NCBI GenBank assembly: GCA_022813865.1
Contig: JALDZX010000076.1
Span: 1-64,000 of the forward strand
DNA length: 64,000 nt
Direction of reading: 5' to 3'
Origin: Xylographa opegraphella
Taxonomy: Eukaryota
In this document: piece after piece, positions 13,370-27,397 of the stretch
Numbering within the stretch: position 1 is the stretch's first letter
How the letters are laid out: the number at the start of each line of letters is the position of its first letter
Position numbers and translations under genes: made by a program
Notes under the pieces: generated by a model
Seen by the model: the letters and a program-made list of their open reading frames with translations, nothing else
What the model was told of the DNA's origin: nothing
The model's database searches: none

Positions 13370-14138
13370 GTGTATTAGCGTACTCTGGTTGCCGGTCACG
13401 GTGTGTGAACGCCTGCGTTTGCAATCGAGTCTTTGCACTAGATACACAAACACATGCTGTCTGTTCTGTATATGCGTGTTGTTTTTCAGATATACCATGC
13501 TTAAGCTCAAAGACCAGTCTTTCATACCGTCTATCTATGCCTGAGCATTCCGCTTCCCCTACCCCGTTGTTTCTCCATTCTGGCTTCCAGCCTTCTCCAT
13601 CCCAAAGTATTTCAACCTTGTGAGGATCTTCCGATTTCAAAAACTTTCCACTTTGCACCCGTTTTGATCACCTAGTCTTCGGCTGTCTACGGTGCACAAA
13701 ACCCTCTTTCGCACGCGCGTTGCACCCGCAAACGTGCTTTTGACCTTGTGTATTCGGGCTCCTGGATGGTGGTGGCAAAATCTCCCATATTTGATAATCC
13801 GGAACTGTGGTCGTTCCGGAGTAGCTGGTTAATTAGGCCTCGGTGCTGGTTCCGAGTCAGCTTTTACTTCCAAGAGCCGAGGATTCACTTTTGTCGGGTC
13901 GTTTTCCTGGTCTTGATTTTCGCTGCACGTCGTGGATGGCACTTGTGTGCGAGGCTGCAATGGTGCTTGTGCTTGGGTGGGCCTTGGCAGCTTGCTACCC
14001 GTTCATCCGCACAAGGAATCGACTCAGTATTGTCCTTCGTTCCATGCTTCGATCAATGCCTGAACGTTTGTCAATGTCTCGTCGCTGGTACTCGTGTACT
14101 GCCCCAGCTGCTGTAGCCTGGGTCGTCTCGATCAATAT

Positions 14139-15394
14139 CTAGAATCCGAATTCAGTCATGAAATCTCTTGCTTTCTGCTTCTTCACCGGTCTGACAAGTT
14201 TTCTCGAGGCAGTTTTGTTCTCCACCGTGTTTTCCAGTGGCCGTTTCTTGTTTGGCTGCGGAAGCGGCGGGGCAGTCTTCCGCGGAATAGCCCTGTGGAA
14301 ACAACGTAAACTGCGGTCGCCGGTCACGTCAACTACCGCATCGATTGGTGCTTTACCGATCGCGAAATGAAGTCGTGGTAGCGTGTCAATTTTGGTGGTA
14401 AGCGACGAGGTATCTGTGGCTAAGCGGATATCTGTAGCCTTCTGGAAGCACGCATGCATCGTTGAGTTCCACGAAGCCACCCGCATGCCGCTTTCCGCAA
14501 GGACCTCACTGAGGTCTTTCCCGGTCGAGTATCCCCACCCCAGGTTTTCGGCGTACGGTTTGTCTCTCGGACCGATGCTACAGCTTTCGACTAGGAAAAG
14601 CGCCAGTGCAGGGAATTCTGTCAGTCTATCGAAGGTTTGGCGCGTGATGAGCAGCTGCATCCTACAAGCAAAGACCTGTAAGGCACTGAAGGCCCCCGAA
14701 TCTGCTGCCGCACGAGACCAAGCACGAACCACGCTGTCATCAATGCCTTTGTAGGTGGAGCTTGACACCTCCACACCGTGCCCAATCGTCAAAGCACCGA
14801 GATTGCTGAACTTGGATAAGTTGATCAAATCGGAATAAGAACAAGTGATATGTGAAAGAGTTAAGAAGGTAATCCACTGAAAGCTTTCGGAACATAGATG
14901 CTTCGTATAATCGGGCAGAACCATGTCGGGGCGTCGGATAACCTGATAACGACGCTTCAGGCTCTCGTTCATCTCATCAGGATATGCAGCCGCGAATATT
15001 CTCCACGCATAGAGGCTGTCGATCTCACTACACGAAAATTTAGTGCAGAAGTCGAAGGGACGGTCTGAACATACAGAGCAACAATGCTCTCCCACAGCCA
15101 TTTAGCAGCCTGCCAGTCCAGGCCGACCAGGCTCTCAGGGGTCAAGTTAACGACGTTTAAGCACGCTTTACGAATGGCCATGGTCAGTAGTGTCGAGCTC
15201 CCTGTTCCTGGAGACCGGAATGCGGCTATTTCTGCAGTACTGCCTCGAGTCTTCCATACCCAGTCTGCTCGCATAGGCGCCGCCCGAACGACCACTTTCG
15301 TGTAAACCAGGCCAGATTTCTCATCGAATGCATGATACTTTGATCGCTGCTCCCGCAAAGGTTGGTAGGCTTTGCTATTGTTTAGGAATGCCAT
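14139..15394 (-). CDS. Hypothetical protein with an LRR-like repeat region
   Basis: Two long ORFs joined by an intron at about 15036-15083. LRR-like LxxLxxLxNLxxLxI segment and a basic C-terminus. Confidence 0.7.
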
Positions 15395-15449
15395 CTCTGT
15401 ATGCTTTGAAACTTTGGTGCAAAGGTCTCCAATGATTGCCCACGGGTGG

Positions 15450-15475
15450 ACGCGTTCCCTATGCTTGGGACGCGT
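15450..15475. promoter_or_regulatory. Two MCB (ACGCGT) elements in a bidirectional promoter
   Basis: Perfect ACGCGT at 15450 and 15470, both in a GGACGCGTT context. Confidence 0.5.
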
Positions 15476-15657
15476 TGAGTGGCTGGCAGCTCGCTAGCGT
15501 AGATCTCGTTAAGGTGATTTAGGGTCGATTCTAGCGCATCCTTCTGGGGCGCCCCGCTAAGTCCGGCTAATCATATTTGACATCACCGATTTTTGAAAGA
15601 GAGAATGCTCTGATCTATTGATATGGACCATCGTGGTGCGATGGCAGTGACCCAACT

Positions 15658-16638
15658 ATGCTGAAAAAGCCAAGCGTGTTGTTCTCATCTTACGGAAGCC
15701 TCCAGAACTTATCCTATCCTTATCCGACATGTTCTCATCTGTCAACGCAACCTCAATGCCGTCATCCGACACGAAAGTCATCTCAACATCGATGCTGGAC
15801 GGCCTCTCAGAGACGCAGTTTTGCCGACGTGAAGTCGGACAAGGGAGATTCTTCTGAAGCACAAGACCTTGAATGGCCCAAGTCCGACAGTGCGACTCAC
15901 ATTCCTACTCCCTACCAGATCTTTCGTCAGCAAAGAAGAGCACCTTATTCGAAACGAAGGTTTTATGAGCTAGCAAAGATATATCACCCAGACAAACATG
16001 CTCACTCGGACGATGTTTCCGATGTCAATTGTGTCTCGCAGGCTGTCAAGTTAGAGCGGTACCGCTTGATCGTCGCAGCGAACGACATTCTCTCGGACCC
16101 TATAAAACGGAGGGCTTATGATGCTTATGGCGCTGGCTGGGACGGGCGGCCTGAGGTGGGTAGCATAAAGGAACATTGGCGCCATGCGCAAGGCAAGGGC
16201 TGGTCCGGCTTCGACGACAACTCATCGCCCGCACGATGTGCCACATGGGAGGACTGGGAGAAATGGTACCAGCGGAACGCGAAGGGGAAGCAAGAGCCAC
16301 TATATTTCTCCAACGGTAGCTTTGTCATTTTGATCATCGTTTTCGCATTGCTGGGGGGCCTTGGCGAGATTTCTCGAGCGGGCAAGATGTCGAGGACGTT
16401 CCTCCAGCAGATCGAGGCCGTCCACGACGAGAGCAGCAAGGACCTTCAGCGGCGGATGAGGGAGTCGCAGGGATTCAAGAACAAAGATGAGAGAGTGCAA
16501 AACTTCCTGAAGACTCGTGACCCGGTGGGCTACGGGGTGACCGATATCCCAGAGGAGGGCTTTCGGAAGTTGTTGCCCGCCCCCGAAATCTGCATGAGCG
16601 GTGATATTGAAGCCCGGGGATCGAGTGCAACATCCTGA
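15658..16638 (+). CDS. JID1: Mitochondrial J-domain co-chaperone Jid1
   Basis: J domain (PTPYQIF..YSK.RFYELAKIYHPD; ERYRLIVAANDILSDP), ATWEDWEKWY motif, and one TM segment. Confidence 0.88.
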   Translation: MLKKPSVLFSSYGSLQNLSYPYPTCSHLSTQPQCRHPTRKSSQHRCWTASQRRSFADVKSDKGDSSEAQDLEWPKSDSATHIPTPYQIFRQQRRAPYSKRRFYELAKIYHPDKHAHSDDVSDVNCVSQAVKLERYRLIVAANDILSDPIKRRAYDAYGAGWDGRPEVGSIKEHWRHAQGKGWSGFDDNSSPARCATWEDWEKWYQRNAKGKQEPLYFSNGSFVILIIVFALLGGLGEISRAGKMSRTFLQQIEAVHDESSKDLQRRMRESQGFKNKDERVQNFLKTRDPVGYGVTDIPEEGFRKLLPAPEICMSGDIEARGSSATS

Positions 16639-16992
16639 TTGCGCAATTGTCCATTCCCGGGTTCTGTGCGTAGCGAGGGGTACATATTATGATCATATAG
16701 CATAGCATGGACAACGGCGTTGAGCAGGGTCCTTTGAATGGCCGACTGAATGTGTTAGCGAATGAGCTACATGAGAGCAAAGACAACCAATCTACACATG
16801 CGAGTAATTCGTAAGACAATGCCGAGGGCAGTGACCTTGAACGCAAAAGCCATCTGTGGCTCTCATTGTGGCTGGCTTCCCACATTGCCGAGGCTCCTCC
16901 GTATCGATAAGCAATGCAACCCTAAGTCAACATACCATCAACGCAACTCGTACCTTTCCGGTTCCCCTTATGCGATACACATCCTCCAAACC

Positions 16993-17981
16993 ATGGCCGC
17001 CATCCTCCCCTCCCTGCCAGACGTCAAGCAGCTCAGCCCCCTCGTGACCCGCATCCTAGGCGGCAATCCCAGCAAGGTCCCGCCCCTCCCCACTGTTGCC
17101 CTCCTCCTCTTCACTAACATGCCCCAGTTCACCCTCCAAGGTTACCCAGCCTGCGCCCGCCCCACCCCACCCAACTAACCCTCCTCCCATCAGGCACAAA
17201 CACCTACCTCATCGGGCGCGGCCCAAGCCGCATCCTCATCGACACGGGCCAAGGCCTCCCGCACTGGAGCCACACGCTCTCCACCCACCTCACAGCGCAC
17301 AACCTCACCATCAGCACCGTCCTCCTCACGCACCACCACGCCGACCACACCCTCGGCATCCCCTCCCTCCTGGCCCTCTGCCCCACGGCCGCCATCCACA
17401 AACACCCCGCCGCGCCCTCCCCGCACGGCCACCACGCCGCCCTGCCCTCCACGCCGCCGCTCCTCCCCCTCGCGGACGAGCAGGTCTTCGCCACCGAGGG
17501 CGCCACCCTGCGCGCGCTGCACACGCCCGGCCACACAGCCGACCACGTGTGCTTCCTGCTGGCGGAGGAGGGGGCCCTGTTCACGGGCGACAACGTGCTC
17601 GGGCACGGCACCGCGGTGTTTGAAGACCTGTCGCTGTACATGGCGTCCTTGGAGCGCATGCGTGCGCATGGAGGCTGGACGGGCTGCGCGTACCCTGGCC
17701 ATGGGGAGGTGGTGGAGAGGGGGACGGCTCGGGTGGCGGAGTATGTGGCGCATCGGCGCATAAGGGAGGAGGAGGTGCTGGGGGTGTTGAGGGAGGAGGG
17801 GTCGCGGGAGGGCAGGACGCCCGGGGAGGTGGTGCGCGTGGTGTACAAGGACGTGCCGGTGAGTTTGCACGAGGCGGCGGAGGGGGGCGTGGTGCAGGTG
17901 CTGGGGAAGCTGGAGGGGGAGGGTAGAGTGGTGAGGGGGGAAGGGGGCCGGTGGAAACTCGCGAGGAAGGAAGCGTTGTAG
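16993..17981 (+). CDS. LACTB2-like metallo-beta-lactamase-fold protein
   Basis: Motifs RILGGNPSK|FTLQ|GTNTYL, THHHADH, HTPGH..DH, FTGDNVLG.GT and YPGHG. Contains a 13-nt microexon at 17128-17140. Confidence 0.9.
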
Positions 17982-18242
17982 AGATGAGGCGACACGGTAG
18001 CCTACATATAGAGGCGATATAGGAAACTTGGTGGCGTGTATCGCGATCGGAGGAACGTGCATAGCTTTCTGATGAATGCCCATTCGGTAAGGTCTATACA
18101 ATTGTGAAACCACCCGCTGTACAATATGTACGCATCTAAAGACTGCTCTCTACCACACAACTCTTCCCAGAAGCATTCAAGGTATTAATCGCACAAAACC
18201 CGTGGAAGCCGTTCCGGAATTACAGCAAAGGTCGCACATCAC

Positions 18243-20017
18243 TCACGCTCCTGTTACCAGACTCTCTTGCAGACGATAATTGCCTTCATGCAAACCTTTC
18301 AATGCCAACCTGCCCTCTTCGGTCAGTTCCGGCTTTCCGACCGGCGTCACACTTCCGGTGAAAAACCTGGGCTTCCACTCCTCGTTTTGATCTTTCCGTA
18401 TTACTACTTTCTCTCGTTGCCGCTCCTCGAGCTCAGTCTTTAGTTTGGTAGCCACTCCATACTGTCGACTCAGGATTGCTGCCGTCACATCATGCCAAAA
18501 TCGTCGACTTTCGTTTGGAAGCTGGTCAACCTCAGGTGGGATGATTTTCCGAATAGGGAACAGTGGCTTAAGGTCCACCAATACCACAGGTTCCTGCGCA
18601 ATGATAATTAGACAAAGGTAGTGAATGAAGCAAACCAAGTTTACCTTCGAGCCTGTCAATGTGTAGAAAACTTGATCATGCCAGCAGCCCTCGATACGCC
18701 CTACGATATCCTTCTCGGGCACGTCTTTAATCTTCATAATTTTATCTGTCTCTGGGTTATATCTGTACATAACGCCTACCACCTTGTTCTGTACCTTTCC
18801 TAGCCAGCCTTCCTCGATATAGTGTAAGATAACTTTCAACTTCGTCTTTGGGCATGTCACGAAACAGACATCGGAGACAGTCACCGAAAGCGAACCACGG
18901 AGTAATCCGCCCAAATGCGCGGCGGGATGAGTGAGCTGGTATTCCTCATTGTTCCTCCGCTGTATGTTGATGAAGATACCAAAGTTATGGGCCCCAGGAG
19001 TGACACGAATGCTTGTCCCAGTGAACTTGGCGCTGAGTTGATCAAATCCTCGAGCGCTGATACCTTTCTCAGGGCAGTCAACCCAGAAAGCCGAGACGGG
19101 AGGGTGATGCGAGGTTTGTTCGGTAAGATATGACACTCTCACGGGCTTATTGGTTGCATTGTTTCGTAGCGCACGGTCCGCATTTGTAACGATAGGTGGA
19201 GCATCATCCGTGACTTCCCAATTGCACTACTTCTGTCTTAGTCAGAGTCGCTTTCTGTGCCTCCAACCTACATACTCGGAAAAACTCCCCCAGTGCAGAG
19301 TTATACGGCTTGCATGGTTTCCCTTTCACGTATTTCTGCGATCATTCAGCATCATACATGGACGCAAAGGACGAGAGTAGCTATACCAAATCTTTCGTGA
19401 ACCAAAATCGCAGCACGGCAAGCATGCGCGCAACCTCATCTTCCGGATCGCCAATACTGTTCAGACCGTCAATCACTTCATCTGCAGACGGAGCAACCGC
19501 ACAACCTTATGAATGTTTCAGGTCGGTCCAAATAGTTCCAATACTCTAAACCGAGTTAGAGTGGCTTGTCATTATGATATCGGTGGTCTGTTCTTGCTCC
19601 GACCGAAATCACATACCGAGATTTGGTGTTGGCTCGAGGAGTTGCGCAGGTAATGAGAACCTGACGGAGGCAATGTCTGCAACACCTATGAACCTATGCC
19701 CGAGGTTAGCAAGCTCTTTTTGCTCCAGTATCACGAGATACCGCTCGGTGTCACTTCTGGGTTAAGGGGAAGCAGGATGTCTGAACCAAGCTGTACGATA
19801 AGATCACGGTCAGAAGAACGCAGGCATTAGGAACACCATACTTTCTTAGTATACTGAGAAAAGTCCTAAGCTTCGATTGATCATCTGGAGTTTTCTCTGC
19901 CCCAGTGGGCGCAATAGGTGGTGTGGATAAGGTAGGTTCTGTGGACATGGTCGAAGGTGCACTGGAAGGGGCCGGCGACTGTCGGTATATACTAGACCCA
20001 GCCGACGACGAAGCCAT
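18243..20017 (-). CDS. Oxysterol-binding protein (ORD only)
   Basis: OSBP signature EQTSHHPPVSAF, plus RFSLPAQLLEP, KPYNSALGEFF and LEERQR. Multiple introns. Confidence 0.93.
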
Positions 20018-23000
20018 AGCGTACACCAGATAGTGTTGTTGGTATCAATACTGGGCGTCGTTGTTGAACCTCCATAGCAGCGTCGTTTGGCTTGATGCTT
20101 TCAAGACCACGATGACATAGTTGCCCTGCGATAGGCTGAACGGCCGGTCCCTAACATGCGCTAGCGTTAGATCGGCTTGGCATATTGGCGACTGACTCTG
20201 CACTCACGCAAAAATCAAACACATGGCCATGAAGTCTTTTGTGTGACCGTCAACAATTCCAATACGCGTCTGGCGGAGAAGGGACCAGCGTCCTGCGTGT
20301 ACGAAGAATAGTGTGCTACTGCGATCTTTGGACTGACACGGAGCCTGGACCCAGGCAAGCCAAAGGCGTTGTGCTGAATTATGCCGTTGAGAGAGTATTA
20401 GACACGAGCTGCAGAATGTGATACTACAGCAACGAATGCTGCTGCCAGTCAAAGTGGTTTCTGATACTGATGCCAAGCTATTATAGCTAGTACTTAACGC
20501 TGGAAGTTGTTCCGCGAAATTCCTTACTTGACCTTTCACACTTTTGCCTGTGCTCAATTTGCTGTCCACTGCACTGTCGGATTTCCGATAAGTGACAGCA
20601 TCATGCTGATCCTTTGTTGCGCCGAGGTTGTCTGCGAGAGCGATATGCCAGAAGCAATGACTACGTGCAGTGGTATTCGGCTGCAAGAAAGGTGCTTCTC
20701 AGAATTCCGGATGATTTGTGTGCTGGCAAGAGTTATGCGCCGGCGAAAGCTGTATGCAGTAGCTCTACATAGCTCACTATCTCCAAGAGTGTTTCTCTTA
20801 GGTCATGTCTGTGCAGAATGGGTGTGGGTGCGATAGGTGTGTATGTATGGAAAGATATAGAGGTAGCAGGGTTCAGCCTCTTGTAGTATCCCCTGCCAGA
20901 CCTTCCGCTGTTGCTGCGAAGTCAAGTCTGATTTGTGGGATTGCTCCTAGAAGGTTCGGAACCGGGTCGTGGGCATCCAGCTGAGCCGACGACTTGCCGT
21001 AAGCATCGGTCTAATCTACGAAGCCGCCTGTGTGCCGGCCTCACCACTACGTCTACGATCACTTGGATACCCTGTTTCGCGCCATGCCAACGACTGTCGG
21101 GTGGCCAACAGCTGAGATTGAGAACTGCCAACCACTAAGATCGCTGTACCGTTGGTGATCTCCACTGCTCTGTGCTCTTGCGAAGTCTGGCTATATTCGA
21201 ACCGAACTCGATAAGAGGGTCAATTTGCTTCCAGCGACTAAATGGATTATAGGCCTCGTATCCAAGCACATTGTTACTTTTTGAGAATTGTCCGGTATGC
21301 CTTGTGGCTTCAGCAGAGCTGTGTCCCCCCAAATAAGGACGAGTGATTAGTCTGGGGTGGATCCCTGTCACACGGCCCTGAGCTGATCTGATCTGATTCA
21401 TGCTACTAAGATGTCAATCTGATTTGGTGAGGCTGGTCGCTGGGATTCATATGCATCAATTCACGGCATATTTCATTGCTCCCATGTTTATTCAGACGCG
21501 GTCAGATTGAAGTTGCACAATAGTTTGGTATTCTTCAAATCACATGTCTGCATTCTTCATTACCGGAACTTGATTTGGGGAAGATTCGTATGGGTCATTG
21601 TACGATTTAGGGCATTGATTGGGAACAAATGTTAAAATCTGCAGGCAACTGAATCCTCAGTGGGGACAGCCTAGACTCATGCAGAGTATAGATGCGAAGA
21701 GTCGACGACACCTTGACGTTTCGAGCAGGAGATGAGCGGCATCCCCTTACAGCTTGGTTCCAGGACAAATTGTCCCTTTTTAGCGGGCTCAGATGGATTG
21801 AAGGGCAAAGTTTGAAAGAGTTTTGCCGTGACGACCAACGAAGCAAGAATCTTGACTCCATGGACACCGAATAGCTGGCAGTTGGATAGATTAGCTTCTC
21901 AGGTGGGAAAATAACAAGCTTCAGCATCTACACGATGCACCAAACAATAGGCGAATAGATTAAGAGCCGTGGGTACACGGTGGCAAGTCACTTGTGGACC
22001 TTGTGGTTGTACTGTTACATCAGGGGCGTCGGGCCAAAATCTATTATGTCAGACTAGTGAAATCTATAAGATGCTGTAGAAGATTATTACCTCATCGGCT
22101 CTTCCAAGCGGTACTATTGAACACCAGGAGCGCTCTGTTGCGCCAAGGTGCTTGATCAGCCACTCATCCTGCCAAGACTGGACCGATTCTTTCAAATTCA
22201 CAACAGAACGCTCACACCAACCGAAAGATCAAAAGATTGACAAACAATCATACCCACAACCTACGCGCGGCTCCTTTCTGATCACACCATGACGACAAAC
22301 GAAAACCCCGTCTAGTGGCGCAAGATGGAAAGCTCACGAACCTAATGATTGATGCCACGCATAAGGATCAGCATCCGCTTGCCGGATTCCTACCTCGCTT
22401 ACACAGAAGGAATGTATCGTCATAGCTGCAATTGCAAAGCCACTGGGGCAAGATGCGGCGCCTAAGATCTGGACTCTCCAGGCGTCGTCAGCTGCTGTTC
22501 CCTTTCGTCGAGATCGACATGCTGCTAAAGCCTCTTGGGTGGAGCCGAGCACGCAACGCCACAGTTGATGATGCAAAGCCACATGTGGCTGGAATGGCCG
22601 ATTGTGGCTGACCGGAAGCCCGACGCCCCACCCACGGAGCGGTCTCCGCACCGCTTTTGCCTGACCAATGACAGGCGCACGAAAGATTACGACGGAGCGA
22701 GATTACAGGGACAAGCGCTAAAGTGGGTTACCAGACATCCAAGGAGAAGGGCGGCGATGAGGCGCTCAGGTGAAACGGGCATCATGGAAGAGTCGTTCTC
22801 GGTCTTGGGCCGCTTTGATTGGATTCATCTCCTCTGGATGCAGAAGTAAGATGAGGCGCCGCAGTCAGGAACCCGCGGCAGCACCTCATCTCGGTTGGCT
22901 GAAAAGATTTCCCTAGGAAAGGGTCCATCGCTCCTGACCTGATCGTGGTCCGTATTAATTTCACGAGAACAGCGACGCTGACTGTGGTCGGCGTGATAGG

Positions 23001-24701
23001 CTCACTGTTTTACAGGTGGGGACCGGTGGAGCGCCCAGCGCACGGCACATCCCACCCTTCATCAGAGACGGCACGTTTTAGGCGCAAAGGGCCCAGGTCG
23101 ATAGCAGCATCAGCATGCGAAGCAGGGGATGTCCAGGAGAGAAGGAGCCACTCCGAGGGCCTCTTGCTGGGAACATGAACATGAACATGAGAAGCTGCAC
23201 GGCAGCGGGAGCAGCGAGGCACGGTACATGCCATCGGCCTGCTCCCCACGATGGCGGGAGTATGGGAAAGATAAAATTGGAAGCACGACGGATAGCACTA
23301 GGGCGGCAGATCAGCATTGCACATCGGAATCATCGATTGTGGCTGAGATGGACTCCTCGGAGTCGAATGGTGCTTTCCCTTTCCCCTTCCATCACCGGTG
23401 ATTGATCGTCGGGGCAGCCCCAATCGCGCTGGCCGAGACGGTGGGACTGGCCGGGCAGCTGTAGCGTGGGCGTTACGTGTACCCGTCCGCCGTTCACTGC
23501 CCGAAGGGGACCCGGTTGACGATGATCGCACGGGAGAGTTTTGGGTGCGACCGAGCCCGCGGGATTCCCTCCCCCTCGCCCAAGTTGTATTTTTTCCACC
23601 CGGGCTCGCCTGACGCAAAAAGACGGGTGCGGGCAGCCGAGTCGGCCTGTTTGGGGAAGTGATCGTCGTGATTCCAGCCACGACGACGTACATCGAACCT
23701 TTTTCGAAGCAGCGTTACGCTGCACCACCCGTAAATTGAGGGGGGGGGCAAGCCACGGAAGACGCGGCGGTGCTGCTGGAAGAGGCAAGGCAGCTCCGAC
23801 CGAGACAGGCCCATTCGCCGTGGCCGCCAAGACGACAGGCATGCTGCAGCGAGGGATGCCCTGTCACACTATGCCCAAAGAGCGCCAAGCGGACGCCCCA
23901 GTCATTTCGTGAATCGTGATGCGGTGCTTCGTCCGGGGTGGGAAGTGTGGCGCGTGCAGGCTAGTCTGTCACCCCATCTGTGAAGGCCCTTTCTTTCTGT
24001 CGTTGCTGCAATTTGAATGCGAATTGGGTGAGTTGATCAAACCCCCTCCCTCCCCCCGGGACTCCGCCAATATCGATCCCACGCATAGGGAGCGTGCCAA
24101 GGGAGCCTGCTAAACACGCTCGCCCTAGCCACGCGTGCCGGCGCCCAACCCTCTCCCCCCTCTCCCTCTACACCACCACCACTACCACTCACCCCCCCCC
24201 CCTGGCCTCTTCCCTTCCCGCCCATCCCATACCCACCGCTGGCCCCCCCCCAACTGACTGCCCCCAAACTGTGTGCTATTCTTCCTCTGCGACACCCGGT
24301 CCACACGAGCACGCGGCTGCTTAGGCCCATCCTGTGACGAAGCAATACCATGGGAGCTGTGCAAGCCCTCGTCGCATCCCAGATGGCGCTACCTCCCTCT
24401 GGCTTCGACTCTATTTAGCTAAACCGATTGGCACTCGCCGTCAACTGCCTGCACACGCTTCACATGCCCGGCTCCATGCTCCCAAGCCCCATGCTCCTTG
24501 CTGGTCAAACAGCACGACTCATCAAATACAATTCTCTGACTGCATCCGCCCCGAGCACCCAGCCTTAAGACTCCGAGCTGTCCCATCACGCTGGATCCCT
24601 CCGCTGCTGCCACATTCACGCCTTTTGGAACAGCCACCTTGATGTCGCTCACCTCACCTGTACCGCCGTGTATGCGAACCTGGTAGCGAAAAGGCAGTGA
24701 A

Positions 24702-27397
24702 ATGTTTCGAAACCGGTACGTACTCGCATCTCTTCATCACGGTGTCGCGCGGAAGTCGGACCTGCGTCGGCGTGTCGACGAAAGATGTGGACATATCACC
24801 TCCGTGCAATTGCTGACTTAGCCGAACAGCAGAAGTTCCCAGAAGCCTGGGGACGACCTGTACGCCTCGTTCAAGCAATCGTTCCCCGACATTGGGCCGC
24901 GGACAGTTCCGTCGTCGGCCGCGACCTCGGAGAACACCACTTCCCTCAGCGATGCTCTAACTGCGTCGACCGTGCAGAATAGGTGAGCCGCGCCCTCTGT
25001 GTTGCCCTCCCCCCCCATGCGCGCCGTTGGAGTCATCCATGGGAACCCGGGAGAGCTTGTGGTCGACTGGGAGGCAATTGAGTTTCGGGGACTAATCATG
25101 CTTTTCCAGGCACTTTGGAGAAACCGAAGGCGTAAAAGATCCAGATATCACGCCGCGAGGCCAAACCGATCCATGGCGATTCACGCCGTCGCTTTTGGAC
25201 ACCAACTCCTTCGCCTTCAGTGCGTTCGCCAACCAGCCGCCGGGCTACTACACCCCGACCCCGGGTGGCGTGAACACGCTCTATCACAACCAGGCCGGGG
25301 ACTTGCACACCCCGAGTATTGGCTTCCATCTGGGGACTCCATTATCGATGCCCATGGCAGATCATACCATGCACACGGGCGCCTCGTTCGACATGCACAC
25401 CTTTCACTCTCAGATGTACCAGCCACAACCCTTTCCGCAGACCCATCCATATGCTCCCCAGCAGTCTTTCGCTCCGAGCTCGTTTGTGCACCAAGATTCG
25501 GGCTACGAAGCAATGGAAGGCTCCCCAGAGCACGACATGAACATGAACCCGGAGGTGCACAAAGAACCGTTCACCACGGTCCCGTCTCATCGATTCGAAA
25601 GTACCATGGCCGCTCCGCCGATACCTTCGGTTGAAAAGTAGGTCATCGAGCTCGTGGAGTAGCGGAGGTTTGGTCGCTAACGATGGACTCAGGTTTCGCT
25701 ACCATGTCACGTTGAACGCGCCGACCGCGATGATCCGCCACTCCGACGAGATCCCCATCACTTACCTCAACAAGGGTCAAGCGTACTCGGTGTCCATCGT
25801 GGACGGCTTGCCTTTGATGCCGTCTCCTCTGCCAGTCAAGTACCGCACCGTCATTCGGATCTCGTTCGAGGACGAGCAGCAGCGGCAACGACCATCCGCG
25901 TGCTGGCAGCTATGGAAGGAAGGTCGCGGCTTAGCTGAAGCCCATCAACGCGGCGGCAAGCTCCAGGCCGTCGAGTACGTAGACCCGCACCTAGGAGGAG
26001 GCGACGACGACGGTCGGCGACCCAGTGTTGAACTCGAGTGCGCTTCATTCGATAGCTTTTCCGTCACCTGGACCCCGAACTCCCTCACGACCGTCGCCGA
26101 ATGCTCCGTCGCTGTGCGATTCAACTTCCTCTCCACCGATTTCAGTCACTCCAAAGGTGTCAAAGGCATACCCGTGCGTCTCTGCGCCAAGACCGAGATC
26201 GTTTCTTCAGCCACACCTGACTCTCCACCGGGACCGACTTCCGAAGTCTGTTTCTGCAAAGTCAAACTGTTCAGGGACCATGGGGCAGAGCGCAAGCTGT
26301 CAAATGATGTTGCCCACGTGAAGAAGACCATCGATAAGTTGAAACAGCAAATCTCTCAGGTGGAGTCTGGGATCAAAGACTTTGGCAAGAGGAAACGAAG
26401 CAACTCGATCGTCGGCAAGGCTGCGGGCGAACGACCGGGGAAGGTCCAAAAGCACAAGAGAACCTGGTCTGTATCCTCTCAAAGCTCTACAGGGCGACCC
26501 GCGCTCGAGGAAGACCTACACCAAAAGCTCGCCACCGTGCAAGACATGTTCACGTCGACCCGACCTGTCAGCGTGCTGTATCTTCGAGGCCTTGACCAGG
26601 ACGACCCCGATCTGTTCCCCGTTTCTCTGCCGGGTGAGCCTCAAGACCTGACCAAAGTTTCCGCTTTGAGCCGCCGCGAGTCCTGGGACACTGCACGGAA
26701 AAGTACCGAGGTTGCTCCGTCGGACACGTCTCTGGTCTCGCCCACGCCCAGCTCCCATTCTATACCGTCCCTTCCTCCCTCGAAAGAGAAACCAGTCCTT
26801 ACCAAAGCTGCAACTTTTCACAATGCGCAACAACTCAGTGAATGGTCGGTTGCGCCGAGGCACAAAGGTCACGACCTATCCTCTACGATGCAACATCTCT
26901 CGGAACCATCGATCACGCCTATCAGGCTTCACCAAAGGGGACACGGGAGTGAGCTGACGAATTGGATCGAAGCCCTGGGGGTCGACTCTTCGTATCAGGC
27001 TCCACCGGAGCGGATCGTGAAGCCGGTTGCTTGTTTTTACGTCCTGATCAAGGTGTGCGGCAAAGCGGCCGACGACGATTACTATCGCGCCGTCTATCTG
27101 TTCTCAAGAACGGTGGAGGATCTTGTGCAGAGCATTGCCGCCAAATGCGACATCAATCCTGGCCGCGTTCACCGCACTCTACGCATCAACCCGCGAGGCT
27201 TCAAGATCGTGGTGGACAACGAAGTCGTGCGTGAGTTACCGGAGGGTCAGGACATGGCCATCGAATTCACGGAAATCGACTCGGATGTGGACATGATGGT
27301 CAAGGAAGAAGACCAGTCTACGGTCGGATCAAACACTCCCAAGGCATCCGGTGGGCGTGACGAGACTCGACCACTGGAGCTGAGACTCGTCTATTGA
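24702..27397 (+). CDS. CP2/Grainyhead-like transcription factor
   Basis: Exon 1 reads MFRNR and exon 2 reads SSQKPGDDL. CP2 domain motifs: TLNAPTAM..EIPITYLNKGQAY, STDFSHSKGVKGIPVRLCAKT and KLFRDHGAERK. Confidence 0.93.

Noticed and set aside
16993..17981. Metallo-beta-lactamase as part of a polyketide cluster or as a resistance gene
   Set aside because: There is no PKS or tailoring gene nearby, and the sequence fits the housekeeping LACTB2 type.
22300..24650. Many overlapping 60-170 aa ORFs
   Set aside because: Expected by chance in GC-rich sequence; no motifs or consistent splice structure.
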